This document shows positions 29,117 through 39,570 of a stretch of 54,528 nucleotides of DNA, one piece after another. The notes under the pieces are model-generated. The model did not search any database. It was not told the origin of the DNA and saw nothing but the letters and a program-made list of their open reading frames with translations. The stretch is from assembly GCA_038745945.1 (NCBI GenBank), contig JBCDLA010000004.1:1-54528 (forward strand). Reading direction: 5' to 3'. The position numbers and the translations under genes were made by a program. Every line of letters starts with the position of its first letter. Position 1 is the first letter of the stretch. This stretch comes from Cyanobacteria bacterium P01_H01_bin.74 (GTDB taxonomy: Bacteria; Cyanobacteriota; Vampirovibrionia; Vampirovibrionales; Vampirovibrionaceae).

Positions 29117-30367
29117 ATGCAAGTGCATTCCACCACAGAAAATAAAAGCCTGCCCAAAATACCAATGATATTGCCTGGGCAAACCATCGGCATTTTGGGT
29201 GGCGGCCAGTTAGGCAAGATGCTTGCAATGACCGCACAGCGTCTGGGGTATCAGGTGGCTGTGTTTTGTCCTGAAACAGATGCCCCTGCCAAAAGTGTTT
29301 CACACCAGGTTTTTTCGGCCCCTTATACAGATCAAAATGCTTTGGCAGCCTTTGCCAAGACGTGTGATATGATTACCTACGAGTTTGAAAATATTCCAAA
29401 CAGCAGTGTTTTAGCCCTGGAAAAAACTTGCCCCGTTTTGCCGCAACCCAGCATTCTGGCGACCACACAAAACCGGCTGAAAGAAAAACAATTTCTGGCT
29501 GAGCTGGGGATTTCAACGACCCCATTCTGCGCTGTTGCGGGCAAGCCGGATCTGATTGAGGCTGTCAGGAAAATTGGATTCCCGTTGGTCCTGAAGACCA
29601 ATGGGTCAGGCTATGATGGCAAAGGCCAGCAGCAGGTCTCAACAATGGCAGCCCTTGAAACTGCTTATGAGCACTTTGCCAGAGAAGGAAGCTCAGCCTG
29701 TATTGCAGAGGCCTGGGTCCCCCTTGAAAAGGAACTTTCGGTTGTGGTGGCGCGGTCTGCAGACAACAGTGGTCAGCTGCGCTGTTATCCGGTTACTGAG
29801 AATTTGCACAGCAATCATATCCTTGACAAAAGTCTTATTCCGGCTGATATTCCTGATGCCATTGAGAAAGCGGCGCGTGAAACAGCCTGCGAGATAGCAA
29901 TGGCCTTTCAGTTGTTTGGCTTGATATGTATTGAGTTTTTTCTGACCAGAGACGGCAAGCTTTTGGTCAATGAAATTGCCCCACGACCCCATAATTCGGG
30001 GCATTATACCATTGAGGCTACTAAAACCAGCCAGTTTGAGCAACAATTACGTGCTATCTGTAGCTTGCCACTGGGAGATACGGACGTTAAACTCGGGTAT
30101 AAAGCAGCTGGCATGATGAATTTATTGGGGGATCGTTGGCTCCAGGAGCCTGAGCAAGAATCTTCTGATTTAAATGCAAAACCCGCGCAACTGCTAAGCC
30201 CCCGCTGGCATCAGTGCTTTTCAAAAGAAAACAATGTTTTTCTTCATCTCTACGGGAAGCAGCGGGTTGAGAGAGGGCGAAAAATGGGACATATTACCGT
30301 CTTGGGAGCGAGTCGTGGGCATGTGTTAAAGAATTTGTCTGAAATAGAAGCCCAGCTTTTTTCGTAA
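29117..30367 (+). CDS. purK: N5-CAIR synthetase
   Basis: GILGGGQLGKM, TYEFEN, GYDGKGQ, NEIAPRPHNSGH, LYGK...RKMGH. Confidence 0.98.
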   Translation: MQVHSTTENKSLPKIPMILPGQTIGILGGGQLGKMLAMTAQRLGYQVAVFCPETDAPAKSVSHQVFSAPYTDQNALAAFAKTCDMITYEFENIPNSSVLALEKTCPVLPQPSILATTQNRLKEKQFLAELGISTTPFCAVAGKPDLIEAVRKIGFPLVLKTNGSGYDGKGQQQVSTMAALETAYEHFAREGSSACIAEAWVPLEKELSVVVARSADNSGQLRCYPVTENLHSNHILDKSLIPADIPDAIEKAARETACEIAMAFQLFGLICIEFFLTRDGKLLVNEIAPRPHNSGHYTIEATKTSQFEQQLRAICSLPLGDTDVKLGYKAAGMMNLLGDRWLQEPEQESSDLNAKPAQLLSPRWHQCFSKENNVFLHLYGKQRVERGRKMGHITVLGASRGHVLKNLSEIEAQLFS

Positions 30368-30548
30368 ATTCAGACAAGCCCTGCACAAAAATGTAAAAAT
30401 TAATTACCATTTCAATTATTTTATTGATTGAAATCAATAAAGCAGGTTATACTATGATTAGTAATAATTGTGTGTTTATCTTAAAAAAATTTTCAAATAG
30501 CAAAGATTGTCGCAAATCAATCACCTTGTTGCTAAAGAAGAGACATTC

Positions 30549-30615
30549 AGCAAATTAAGAGAGCAAAAAATTAAGAAAAGCAAAAATTAAGCAAGAAATT
30601 AAACAGAGCAAATTA
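30549..30615 (+). repeat. Five degenerate AGCAA(R)nATTA direct repeats abutting the ATG at 30615
   Basis: agcaaattaag, agcaaaaaattaag, agcaaaaattaa, gcaagaaattaa, agcaaatta(tg). Confidence 0.6.
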
Positions 30616-31031
30616 TGAGCTTATCCAATGTAACAGAACCAGTCACCAGAACGTTGCGGCTTGCACGCTACGATGAAATTCCAGTGCTGGCCCGGTTTCT
30701 GTTGTCTTTGCAATCCAAGTCCAACAGTTCAACCGATTGTTTCGGTCAGACCTTCACCCGCTTGATTAATCATATTCGTGCGGTCTTTGACTCAGGCTGT
30801 TTGGCGGATTACTGGGTATTTACTGAAAAAAATAAAATTATAGCCTCTGTCCTTGTTGAAGAATCGCTGCCAAAGGAATTGCTTCAAGGGCATTTTAAGC
30901 CATCAGCCGAGTTGTTGTCTAAGAATATATATATTGCCCCAGAACACCAGAACACGGAAACGTATCAGCAGTTATACCAAGCCATGAGTGATGAGATCAT
31001 GATTGATTCGGTGGTTGAAAAACGCGCTTAA
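30615..31031 (+). CDS. Hypothetical protein, possibly a degenerate GNAT fold
   Basis: LRLARYDEIPVL start, YWVFTEKNKIIASV, NIYIAPEHQN resembles GNAT motif A but lacks its glycines. Confidence 0.5.
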   Translation: MSLSNVTEPVTRTLRLARYDEIPVLARFLLSLQSKSNSSTDCFGQTFTRLINHIRAVFDSGCLADYWVFTEKNKIIASVLVEESLPKELLQGHFKPSAELLSKNIYIAPEHQNTETYQQLYQAMSDEIMIDSVVEKRA

Positions 31032-31188
31032 GGGTTAAAACAGCACCTGAAAGAAATTTCGGGGCTAATACTGGGTCATACTAACACTCATGCAGTGAAT
31101 TTATTGAATGCATTTAACGGATTATGGCTTGAAACATGCGGCTGTAACTTGTAGCTAAAACTGCGTCAATGCAATGAGTTTATATCAG

Positions 31189-31446
31189 CTAACCAACTGA
31201 TGTCACAATTTCGTCGTCATCGTTAAGCGCAAACGTTTTGAAAACCCGCATCACCACAAAACCTTCCCGAGTCAGGCGCATGGGAATATCCGGATACACT
31301 TCAGCATTGACGGCAATGGCAATATCAGCAGCTGTTTTATAGCCCAGCCGTTCCGGGATTTTAATGACCTGATGGGCAATACCTTCGGCAACGAGCCATT
31401 GGCTGGCAGCTTCCGTAGTGGGTGTTGATGGCAAAACAATGAGCAT
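31189..31446 (-). CDS. Small protein, DUF3343-like
   Basis: LIVLPST...LVAEGIAHQVIKIPERL pattern; follows tatD. Confidence 0.5.
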   Translation of the reverse strand: MLIVLPSTPTTEAASQWLVAEGIAHQVIKIPERLGYKTAADIAIAVNAEVYPDIPMRLTREGFVVMRVFKTFALNDDDEIVTSVG

Positions 31447-31467
31447 CAGAATAAAGGCTTTACTTTC

Positions 31468-32322
31468 TCAGGGAAACACAGAACCAGGCAGCCTGTTAAA
31501 CAAGGCCCGGGCATTTTGCGTTGTTGCCTCGGCAACGGTATTGTATGAAATCCCACGCAGATCTGCAATTTTTTGGGCCACCAACGAAACCCGTTTGGGG
31601 CTGTTTGGCTTTCCTCGATACGGCATGGGGCTTAAAAAAGGCGAGTCGGTTTCAATCAGGATCTTGTCCAGCGGAATTTGCGCAGCCGCTTCATGCAGGT
31701 TGTGTGCTTTTTTAAATGTGACATTGCCTGCAAAACTGATATAAAATCCCAAGTCAATCATCTTCAGGGCAAACGCTGTGTCTCCGGAAAAACAGTGCAA
31801 GACCCCAAAAGCATCAGGGACCGACTTAATCATGGCATAGACGTCATCGTGTGCCTCTCGATCGTGGACAATAACCGGGAGCTTTTTCTCTGCACCCAAT
31901 TCAAGAAAAAACCGGAAACATTCCTGTTGCAGGGCTTTCTGGGTGGTATCGTGGTAATAGTCCAGCCCCGTTTCGCCAATGGCCACAACGGCCGGGTTGT
32001 CCAATTTTTTTGCAATCTTACTTTGCCAGTCTGCAATAGGCTGCAATTCAGCCACATCAGTGGGATGAATGGCCACAGCGGCAAAGACGCTTTCAAAAGT
32101 TTCTGCCAACTTGATGACATCATCAATGCCGGTAAAAGAAACACTGGGATTAATCAGTGCTGCTAGGCCCGCCTCCTCTCTGGCTGCTGATAGAACCTCT
32201 GCCGGGCTTTCTACTGGCAATTCAGGGGTTTTGCCAAATGTCATTTCAGGATTAACAATATAGTCCAGGTGGCAATGGGTATCAATGACCGGGACTAATT
32301 CACCTGTTTCTGCTGCTGTCAT
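31468..32322 (-). CDS. tatD: TatD-family nuclease
   Basis: IDTHCHLD, AIGETGLDYY, VHDREAH, GVLHCFSG, ETDSPFLSP. Confidence 0.96.
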   Translation of the reverse strand: MTAAETGELVPVIDTHCHLDYIVNPEMTFGKTPELPVESPAEVLSAAREEAGLAALINPSVSFTGIDDVIKLAETFESVFAAVAIHPTDVAELQPIADWQSKIAKKLDNPAVVAIGETGLDYYHDTTQKALQQECFRFFLELGAEKKLPVIVHDREAHDDVYAMIKSVPDAFGVLHCFSGDTAFALKMIDLGFYISFAGNVTFKKAHNLHEAAAQIPLDKILIETDSPFLSPMPYRGKPNSPKRVSLVAQKIADLRGISYNTVAEATTQNARALFNRLPGSVFP

Positions 32323-34019
32323 TGGCTTACTGTTTCATTTTTTTTGGTTTTTTGCTTTGTTTTTTTAGATTTGTCCGCCAATTCGCTGTCCAGCCTTGGG
32401 AAAACCGGTGGTCCTAAAGAAATAATCTGGCCAGACGGAATTGGCGTTTTTAAATCCTGCCAGTTCGGCTTAAAGCAACTTGTGCTTGGGTTGGCTTGTG
32501 AATTATTATCTGGGTACCCCAACTGCGAATAAATGGCAGCCGTGACATTGGGCATTACAGGAAATAATAAAATAGCAACCTGACGCAAGGTTTCCAAGAC
32601 CTGGTACATCAGTACGGATAAGTCATCATGTTGGTTATTTTTGTAGAGCGCCCAGGGCATTTGATCGTTAATGGCTTTGTTTGCCCAGTCAACCAGTTTA
32701 AGGCACTCAGCCGCCGCTTTGCTGAATTCATACTGGCTGTATAAACGCGCCACATTTTCGTGCGTTTCTGCGTGCAGGCAATCGGAACCATTTGATGCAA
32801 CGCTATTTTGTTGAAAATTTTCAGGTTGAAGGTTTTCAGGGGGAAAATTTTCAGGAAGCGTTGGCACCAGGCCGTTAAAATACTTTTGTGTCATCGTTAA
32901 CGTGCGGTTTAGCAAATTGCCCAGATTATTGGCCAAATCAGCATTCACTTTGGTTTTAAACTCATCTTCAGTAAAGCCACCATCCTGACCAAAACTGACA
33001 ATGGCCGTTGTGAGGTAATACCGGATAGCATCGGCGCTGGGCAGATTAAACCGGGCTTGCAGATCAAACGGTGAAACGACATTGCCAATGGATTTGGAAA
33101 TTTTAGTGTCATTAATATTAATAAACCCGTGGGCCACAATCTGCCGGGGCAGGGCAATCCCTGCAGAAAGTAACATAGCCGGCCAGTATATGGCATGAAA
33201 CCGCAGAATATCTTTGCCAATCACGTGCACCACGCTGGGCCAGAACTGGTTAAATTGCTCGGGGTTGCTGTGGTAGCCAATGCCCGTTAAATAGTTGCTA
33301 AGTGCATCAATCCAGACATAAATAACTTGCTCAGTGTCATCCGGCACAGGGATTCCCCAAGAGACCGTGGTTTTTGGACGAGAGACACTAATATCTTCAA
33401 GCTCATCCAGCATTTTAAGCACATCAGCTGCCCGGTAAGCAGGCAAAATTATGTCATCCCGCGATTGAATGTAGTCTCGAATGGCTGTCTTGTATTTGGA
33501 CAGGGCAAAAAAATAATTTTCTTCTTCAACAGGTTCCGGGGAAATAAAGTGGATCGTACACTGGCGTGCTTCCGGGGAAAGGTCGCGCTCGGTTAAAAAT
33601 TTTTCACACCCAGTGCAATACAAGCCCTGATAGCGTTTTTTATAAATGTCGCCTTTGGCTGCCATGGTTTGCCACAGCTGGGTAACAACAGTATAATGTG
33701 CTGATTCAGTCGTTCGGATAAACCGGGTGTAGTCGATATTGAGGTACTGCCAGCTTTCCTTGAATCCACTGACCAGCTGGTCGGTGTAGGCTTGGGGGGA
33801 CAGGTTTTTTTCTGCCGCTGATTTTTGAACTTTGGTGCCATGCTCATCGGTTCCCGTTAAAAAATAAACCGGGTGGCCTTTCATCGCATGATAACGTACC
33901 ATAATGTCGGTCATTATTTTTTCGTAAGCATGGCCCAGATGCGGCAATGCGTTGACATAGTCAATGGCTGTTGTGAAATACCTTGCAGTGGTGCTATCGG
34001 CTTGGTGGGGTACTGCCAT
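32319..34019 (-). CDS. metG: Methionine--tRNA ligase
   Basis: TTAIDYVNALPHLGHAYE, GTDEHG, YVWIDAL, GKDILRFH, KISKS. Confidence 0.98.
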   Translation of the reverse strand: MAVPHQADSTTARYFTTAIDYVNALPHLGHAYEKIMTDIMVRYHAMKGHPVYFLTGTDEHGTKVQKSAAEKNLSPQAYTDQLVSGFKESWQYLNIDYTRFIRTTESAHYTVVTQLWQTMAAKGDIYKKRYQGLYCTGCEKFLTERDLSPEARQCTIHFISPEPVEEENYFFALSKYKTAIRDYIQSRDDIILPAYRAADVLKMLDELEDISVSRPKTTVSWGIPVPDDTEQVIYVWIDALSNYLTGIGYHSNPEQFNQFWPSVVHVIGKDILRFHAIYWPAMLLSAGIALPRQIVAHGFININDTKISKSIGNVVSPFDLQARFNLPSADAIRYYLTTAIVSFGQDGGFTEDEFKTKVNADLANNLGNLLNRTLTMTQKYFNGLVPTLPENFPPENLQPENFQQNSVASNGSDCLHAETHENVARLYSQYEFSKAAAECLKLVDWANKAINDQMPWALYKNNQHDDLSVLMYQVLETLRQVAILLFPVMPNVTAAIYSQLGYPDNNSQANPSTSCFKPNWQDLKTPIPSGQIISLGPPVFPRLDSELADKSKKTKQKTKKNETVSQ

Positions 34020-34264
34020 TTGAATGGGTTAAGGTTCTCGGTTGATCAAGATTGTGGAAACAGACTGGTTGAAAAACGATTGCGTCACAAAATTGGCCAG
34101 CAGGCTTTCATTCGCAATTGTTTTGCCATTGTCGCATTAAGTCAATTAAAAAAAAAGCCAAAAAAAGTGTTAAAAAGCCCAAAACAGCATTCGCCCGTGA
34201 CAATATTAAATGCGCTTTGGGGCTTTGTTTGTTCTTGGGGGCTTTGCTTGTTCTTGCTCTGGGT

Positions 34265-34900
34265 TTAATACCCTGGAGAATGTGCAGGCAAGCCGCGGTA
34301 TCCAGGGTTATTTCTCACCAATTCATCCAGGTTGCCCGCCGTATAGCCCTCTAAAATGCCGTTTTGCCGCTCGCACAAACGGTTTGTACACGTTTTTAAA
34401 TTGGGCTTTGCTTTTAACAGAATTTGCCAGACAGTGGCTTCGGTTTGCCAACCTGCAATTTCTTCTGCGACTGAGTTGTGCCGGTCACTGTGCATCGCCT
34501 CGTGGCTGATTAAAGCAGCAAGTGCTTCTGGCGGTGCCGTTTTATGGATTTCATTAATAAACACAAATTGCTCACCCGCCGGGCTTAACCAACTGATGGC
34601 ATCATAATTTTTAAGGCCTTTATTCAGGGTTTCCATGTTTTTAAAAACCAACCGAACCGGGGTGCTAACAATGTGGCTTAATGCCCCCTGAGCTTGCGGA
34701 ACGTGGTGCATGATCATCAGTGCCTTCAGCAGAGGTCTTTCCCGGGCACTGCGCGCCAGCTGCTGAATATCATAATTCGGTTGGGTATTGGCCCTGGCTG
34801 GCTGTAAAATCATGTTATCCATCAAGCCAGCACTGCTTGTTAAAACCAGAATCACAAGAAGCACGGTATGCCATGACAACCCTAATTTCAGAGTTTTCAT
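34265..34900 (-). CDS. Exported protein with HExxH motif (putative zinc metallopeptidase)
   Basis: Signal-peptide-like N-terminus; LISHEAMH followed by SVAEEIA. Confidence 0.65.
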   Translation of the reverse strand: MKTLKLGLSWHTVLLVILVLTSSAGLMDNMILQPARANTQPNYDIQQLARSARERPLLKALMIMHHVPQAQGALSHIVSTPVRLVFKNMETLNKGLKNYDAISWLSPAGEQFVFINEIHKTAPPEALAALISHEAMHSDRHNSVAEEIAGWQTEATVWQILLKAKPNLKTCTNRLCERQNGILEGYTAGNLDELVRNNPGYRGLPAHSPGY

Positions 34901-35096
34901 AAAAGGTACGGCCTTGTATGCAATGAGTGCGGAAGGTCTTTTAAAAAACCTTCTTTAGTTACTATAACTTTATTTACTATAACTGGCCGGCATCAATTTG
35001 CATCCGCCATTTAATGCGCATGTAAAAAACAGCCTCAGTGATGATTCCTCAGATCACCATTAATTTTTTCAACAGCAAATACCCGGACAAACTGGG

Positions 35097-36023
35097 TTAA
35101 TAAGCAGGCTGAACACCCGTTAGAATGGCAAAGGGAGGACTTTGATAAACCGCATCACCGTCATTGTACAAAAATCGAAGTTCTGCTTTTGTTGGAGAGC
35201 GTAAAACCTTGGCTGTAACTGGCTTGTCCGGTATTTTTTTCTTACTTGAGGCTGCTGTGCCTGCTGTCTGGTTTTCTTTTTGCATGTCTGTGGGTGAATT
35301 CATTGGGTTTTTATCAAGGTCCAAATTAGAACTTGTATTTTCTGACAAATTATTTTGCCCCTGAAATGCAAGTTGCTGTGTTTGAAGCTGGTTCTCACTG
35401 CTATTATTAACTGAGGCTTTTTTTACGGGGCTCACTGCAAACCTTAAGACAATGGCATTGCGTTTCACCAGTTGCAAGACTTTGGGGGCTTTCAACTGGC
35501 CCCCTTCCGGCACCAGTAAATAAAGCCCCGGTGAAATCACAGGCACTTTGCTGGTATTGGTAGCGGGTCTTACAAGCTGAATAAACTTTGTCAGACGAAT
35601 TAACGGGTAAGGGCTCGGCAATGTTTCTCGGGATTTTGGCCCAGTGTCCACTTTGAGGGCACTGTCATCGGTGGCTTCTTTCACAGATCCAAAAAACAGG
35701 CGGCTAAAGAACCCCTGTTTTTTCTTTTTGGCTTTCGGGGGATTTGGCAAGGCCAGCGTTGATTCTTCAGCAGCACGCTGCGGAAAATAAATTTCATCGG
35801 GCCAGTCCGGGTCTTGGGCCAAAGCAACTTGCATTGTGGAAATTGTGGAAAAAGCAGCCACACAAAAACACAAGATGAAAAATGCACTTAAAGTTTGCGT
35901 CCAAGCTGGTCGAAACGGAATTAGTATTTTATGTACAGGCTTTGGCTGAAGGGCGACTTGCCCTATACCTTCAATGCGCCGTTTCTTCATTTGAGTTTCC
36001 CTATGCTGAGTTTCCCTATACAA
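35097..36023 (-). CDS. Hypothetical exported or membrane-anchored protein (start may be ATG at 35990)
   Basis: 308-aa ORF with a hydrophobic segment ending VALAQD; co-oriented with its neighbours. Confidence 0.65.
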   Translation of the reverse strand: MYRETQHRETQMKKRRIEGIGQVALQPKPVHKILIPFRPAWTQTLSAFFILCFCVAAFSTISTMQVALAQDPDWPDEIYFPQRAAEESTLALPNPPKAKKKKQGFFSRLFFGSVKEATDDSALKVDTGPKSRETLPSPYPLIRLTKFIQLVRPATNTSKVPVISPGLYLLVPEGGQLKAPKVLQLVKRNAIVLRFAVSPVKKASVNNSSENQLQTQQLAFQGQNNLSENTSSNLDLDKNPMNSPTDMQKENQTAGTAASSKKKIPDKPVTAKVLRSPTKAELRFLYNDGDAVYQSPPFAILTGVQPAY

Positions 36024-36142
36024 TGTTCACCCAACAAAAACTGATTTTATTTGTTAGCAAGTATTTGTCTTACTTCATTAATTTTAGTATTATTCTGCTG
36101 GTTATCTGCGGGGTTCTGGGCTGGATATACCTGCTTTATCTG

Positions 36143-37069
36143 TCAGCCCTCTAGCAGCTCATCGGCCAGTTTTGCTGCCAGCTTCACGTGACTGCTATGA
36201 CCCGCATTAATTGCAAAAATGTGGGCTTTCAAGGTTAGCGGGTTAATGCCTGAAAGCCGCAAGTCTCCAATGAGATCCAAGGCCTTGTGATAAATCGGCT
36301 CATCGGGTGTTTTCAGAGGGCGTGTGTACCCACCGTCGCGCGTTAATCCCAATGTATTGGTTTCATCAGCCCCCATGGCCAGACCTTTTGCCTGCAAGAC
36401 GGGCAATTCATCAACAAAGCCAAATGTTGTTGCCCCAGCCAGGGTCTCGATGGTGTCATGCTGGCTGTCCCAGCGTGCCCACCGTCCTGCCAATGCCGGG
36501 TGAGGGAAATTGACACTGTAAGTGATCTTAAAATGATCATCGGGTAAAGCATACAAGACAATGTCATCGGTGTGGCGGTAGACCACTGACCGGTTTAAAA
36601 CAACCGATGGTTCAGGTCGTCGGAGCGTAAAATTCTGCCGGAAAAATGCCACCCAGTTCTCAGCACTGCCATCCAAAATGGGAAGCTCAGGGGCGCCGGT
36701 TATGGTGACCGTTAAATCATCCAATCCGCACAAGGCCGTTGCCGCCAGAAAATGTTCAGGAATAGACAAGGTACTTGTCTTGGGGATTTGTTTCTCCTGG
36801 TTGTTATTGCCGGAATCCTCAGTGCTGGCCAGTGTGATGCCACGTTCTGTATGCACCACAGCACTGAGTAGTGCTTGAATGGGCGCACCCTCATTCACCA
36901 GAAAAACAATCCCCTGGCCTGGTAATCCCGGTGTTACGGTTGCAGAAACCGGTTGACCTGTAATAAGCCCTTTGCCTTCAATCATTGGTGCGTCTGAAGC
37001 AGGGGGCACATAAGCAATACCGGCTTCGGAAGGAAATAATGGCATTTTTTGGGTCTCAGTGATTGTCAT
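36143..37069 (-). CDS. lpxC: UDP-3-O-acyl-GlcNAc deacetylase (divergent)
   Basis: PEHFLAA, ELPILDGSA, ATTFGF, LAMGA, HKALDLIGDL, AGHSSH. Confidence 0.9.
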   Translation of the reverse strand: MTITETQKMPLFPSEAGIAYVPPASDAPMIEGKGLITGQPVSATVTPGLPGQGIVFLVNEGAPIQALLSAVVHTERGITLASTEDSGNNNQEKQIPKTSTLSIPEHFLAATALCGLDDLTVTITGAPELPILDGSAENWVAFFRQNFTLRRPEPSVVLNRSVVYRHTDDIVLYALPDDHFKITYSVNFPHPALAGRWARWDSQHDTIETLAGATTFGFVDELPVLQAKGLAMGADETNTLGLTRDGGYTRPLKTPDEPIYHKALDLIGDLRLSGINPLTLKAHIFAINAGHSSHVKLAAKLADELLEG

Positions 37070-37201
37070 CGCAGGTTTTTTTTATTTTTTTTAAAGGAAA
37101 TTTGAAGGAATTTTGAATTGATACAATACTTTAATTGTAGTCAAAAATAGAGTATAACAACAGCGTACAAAAAATAGAAAACGGGTGCAAAGCGGGTGTA
37201 T

Positions 37202-37831
37202 CTAACCTGCTTGATACGACCTCCATGGGGCAACAGGCGGTAATTTTTGGCATTGCGCCACTGTTTCTGGGGGTAGCAACTCCAAAAGGTCTCTAACCGT
37301 ACAATCCTTTTCAGGATGCCTGGCATCCGGTGCAATGTCGCAAAAAGGCAGCAAAACAAAGGCACGTTCATGAAATCTGGGATGCGGCACAGTTAATGCT
37401 GGTGTTTTTTGAATGAAGTTGCCAATCAGCAAAATATCCAGATCCAAAATGCGCGAATAATAGGACAGGTCAGGGCAAGCAGGCTTTGCCCCCCGCTTGC
37501 GACCCGCATGATCTTCTACGGTGAGACATGCCTGCATTAAAGCCTCAGGGGCCAGGTTACTTCGAACGGCAATAACTGCATTGTAAAACGAATGGGGATC
37601 GGGCTCATCCGGTGATAAATCTACCGGAGCTGTCTCATAGATTGCCGAAGCTTTTTCAAAAATAATGCCAGATGTCTGCTTTAGTGCTTCTAAAGCAAAC
37701 GTCAAATTTTGTAAGCGATCACCCAAATTGCTGCCCAAGGCAATATAAACAAGACTGTCACCCGAGCGTTTTGGCAGTTGCCACGATTCTGTACGGGTCG
37801 TTTCTCTTTCGAACTGAGGCCGGTTGAACAC
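37202..37831 (-). CDS. folK: 6-hydroxymethyl-7,8-dihydropterin pyrophosphokinase
   Basis: YIALGSNLGDR, IYETAP, FYNAV, RILDLDIL, VPHPRFHERAFVLLP. Confidence 0.96.
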   Translation of the reverse strand: MFNRPQFERETTRTESWQLPKRSGDSLVYIALGSNLGDRLQNLTFALEALKQTSGIIFEKASAIYETAPVDLSPDEPDPHSFYNAVIAVRSNLAPEALMQACLTVEDHAGRKRGAKPACPDLSYYSRILDLDILLIGNFIQKTPALTVPHPRFHERAFVLLPFCDIAPDARHPEKDCTVRDLLELLPPETVAQCQKLPPVAPWRSYQAG

Positions 37832-39393
37832 TATGGCTTGAAACTTAAAGACTTGAAACTTGAAGAATCATGACCTGGGGCAAGCGTCAAAAAAGGCTGC
37901 AGCTCAGTTTGACACATGGTGCCTGTCATTGAAAACGGAAAAGCTTCTGTCACCGTCACCAGAACACGCTGGCCCACCAGCTGTGCTTCACTAAAAGGAC
38001 TGGAAAAGTTAACCACCTTGTTGTTGCGGGTTCGGCCAGTTAAACGTTGGCTGTTGCGTTTGCTGGGCCCTTCAACCAGTACCTCAACGGCTTGACCCAG
38101 ATAGCCTTTGTTAATCTGGTGTGACTGCTGGCCAATAGCAGTATTGAGACGTTGCAAGCGGTCTTGTTTGACAGCTGTTTCTATCTTCTGGCCCCGATTT
38201 TCCCAGATCCCTGCCGGGGTTTGCTTTCTGGGAGAATAGATGGCTGTATTGGCCAAATGAATGCCCGATCGAGAAACAGAGTCGACTGTTCGCTGAAACT
38301 GGGCGTCAGTTTCACCAGGAAAGCCAACAATATAGTCGCCAGACACGGCAACATCAGGGACTTTTTTCACAATTTTTTCAACCAGGGCGTAATATTGCTC
38401 TGCGGTATATCCCCGTTTCATCCGCTCAAGAATGGTATTGTCACCGGCTTGCATCGGGATATGAATGTACTCCATCACTTTGGGCAACTGCGCCACGGCA
38501 TCAATAATATCATCGGTTAAATCCAGTGGATGCGATGTCATAAACCGAATGCGCTCAATGCCATTAACGGCAGAAATATCCGTTAACAGATTCGCCAACC
38601 CGTAAGCCCGGTTGCTGAAGTCTTTCCCGTAAGCGTCTACCGTCTGGCCCAGTAGCGTAATTTCTTTAAACCCGTGCTCCGCAAGCGTAAAGACTTCACG
38701 CAGAACCGATTCTGGTGAACGGCTGATCTGGCGGCCACGCGTATACGGTACAACACAGTACGTGCAGAAATAGTCACAGCCTTCAATAATGGTGACCCAT
38801 GCAGAAATATCACTGTCTCGCATGGGGGTAATATCCGTCAGGTAATCATAGGTGGTTCGGGCCTTTTGCCGGTTGACGGCCAGCACCCGGTTATTCCCTG
38901 AAAAGGCATCGCGAACCAGGCCAGGCAATTCATGAATATTTTGGGTGCCAAAAACAATATCAACATAGGGGGCACGCTCAAAGACGGCTTTCTTGGTTTG
39001 CTGGGCCACACAACCGGCCATGGCAATTTTCAGGTGCGGGTTTTTTGCTTTGCGTTTTCCCCATACCCCCAGATGGCTGTAGGCTTTGTCTTCAGCAGCC
39101 CCACGAATCTGACAAGTGTTCATAATCAGCAGATCGGCGGCCTGCCAGTCTTTGACTTGAACAAAGCCTTCTTTGGCAAGCAAGCCCAGCATCAGTTCCG
39201 AATCGTTCAGGTTCATCTGGCAGCCCATGGTTTCCAGATAGACTTTCTTTGCGGGTTTTACAACTTTTTCAGATTTTACAATCTGCTCAGGGATTGCTTG
39301 AGTGATAAGGTGTTGTGGCGTTTCAGCTGAACTCAACTGGTGTGCCGTTAGTGTTGATTCAGGGATTGCAGATTCTGGAGACTGGGTTTGCAT
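37831..39393 (-). CDS. miaB: tRNA-i6A37 methylthiotransferase
   Basis: ETMGCQMN, NTCQIR, GCVAQ, EGCDYFCTYCVVPYTRG radical-SAM motif, C-terminal TRAM domain (GRTRNNKVV). Confidence 0.95.
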   Translation of the reverse strand: MQTQSPESAIPESTLTAHQLSSAETPQHLITQAIPEQIVKSEKVVKPAKKVYLETMGCQMNLNDSELMLGLLAKEGFVQVKDWQAADLLIMNTCQIRGAAEDKAYSHLGVWGKRKAKNPHLKIAMAGCVAQQTKKAVFERAPYVDIVFGTQNIHELPGLVRDAFSGNNRVLAVNRQKARTTYDYLTDITPMRDSDISAWVTIIEGCDYFCTYCVVPYTRGRQISRSPESVLREVFTLAEHGFKEITLLGQTVDAYGKDFSNRAYGLANLLTDISAVNGIERIRFMTSHPLDLTDDIIDAVAQLPKVMEYIHIPMQAGDNTILERMKRGYTAEQYYALVEKIVKKVPDVAVSGDYIVGFPGETDAQFQRTVDSVSRSGIHLANTAIYSPRKQTPAGIWENRGQKIETAVKQDRLQRLNTAIGQQSHQINKGYLGQAVEVLVEGPSKRNSQRLTGRTRNNKVVNFSSPFSEAQLVGQRVLVTVTEAFPFSMTGTMCQTELQPFLTLAPGHDSSSFKSLSFKP

Positions 39394-39570
39394 CGTAATT
39401 TACAGTATATTTTTTGCGGAATAATTTTCTGTATTTATTTGCATCAATATTTTATCGTATTAATGGCCATGTTTAAATAACGGTTGATGGTCTTACACTT
39501 TAAAGTTTAAAGTATCAAAAAAGATAATATAAAATCAAAGTTTTTCCCTTTAAAGTTTTACCCTTTTCTG

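Noticed and set aside
34020-34264. T-box or SAM riboswitch upstream of metG
   Set aside because: No T-box AAGGTGGTACC-like or SAM-I core seen on the minus strand; only a terminator-like hairpin near 34173-34225
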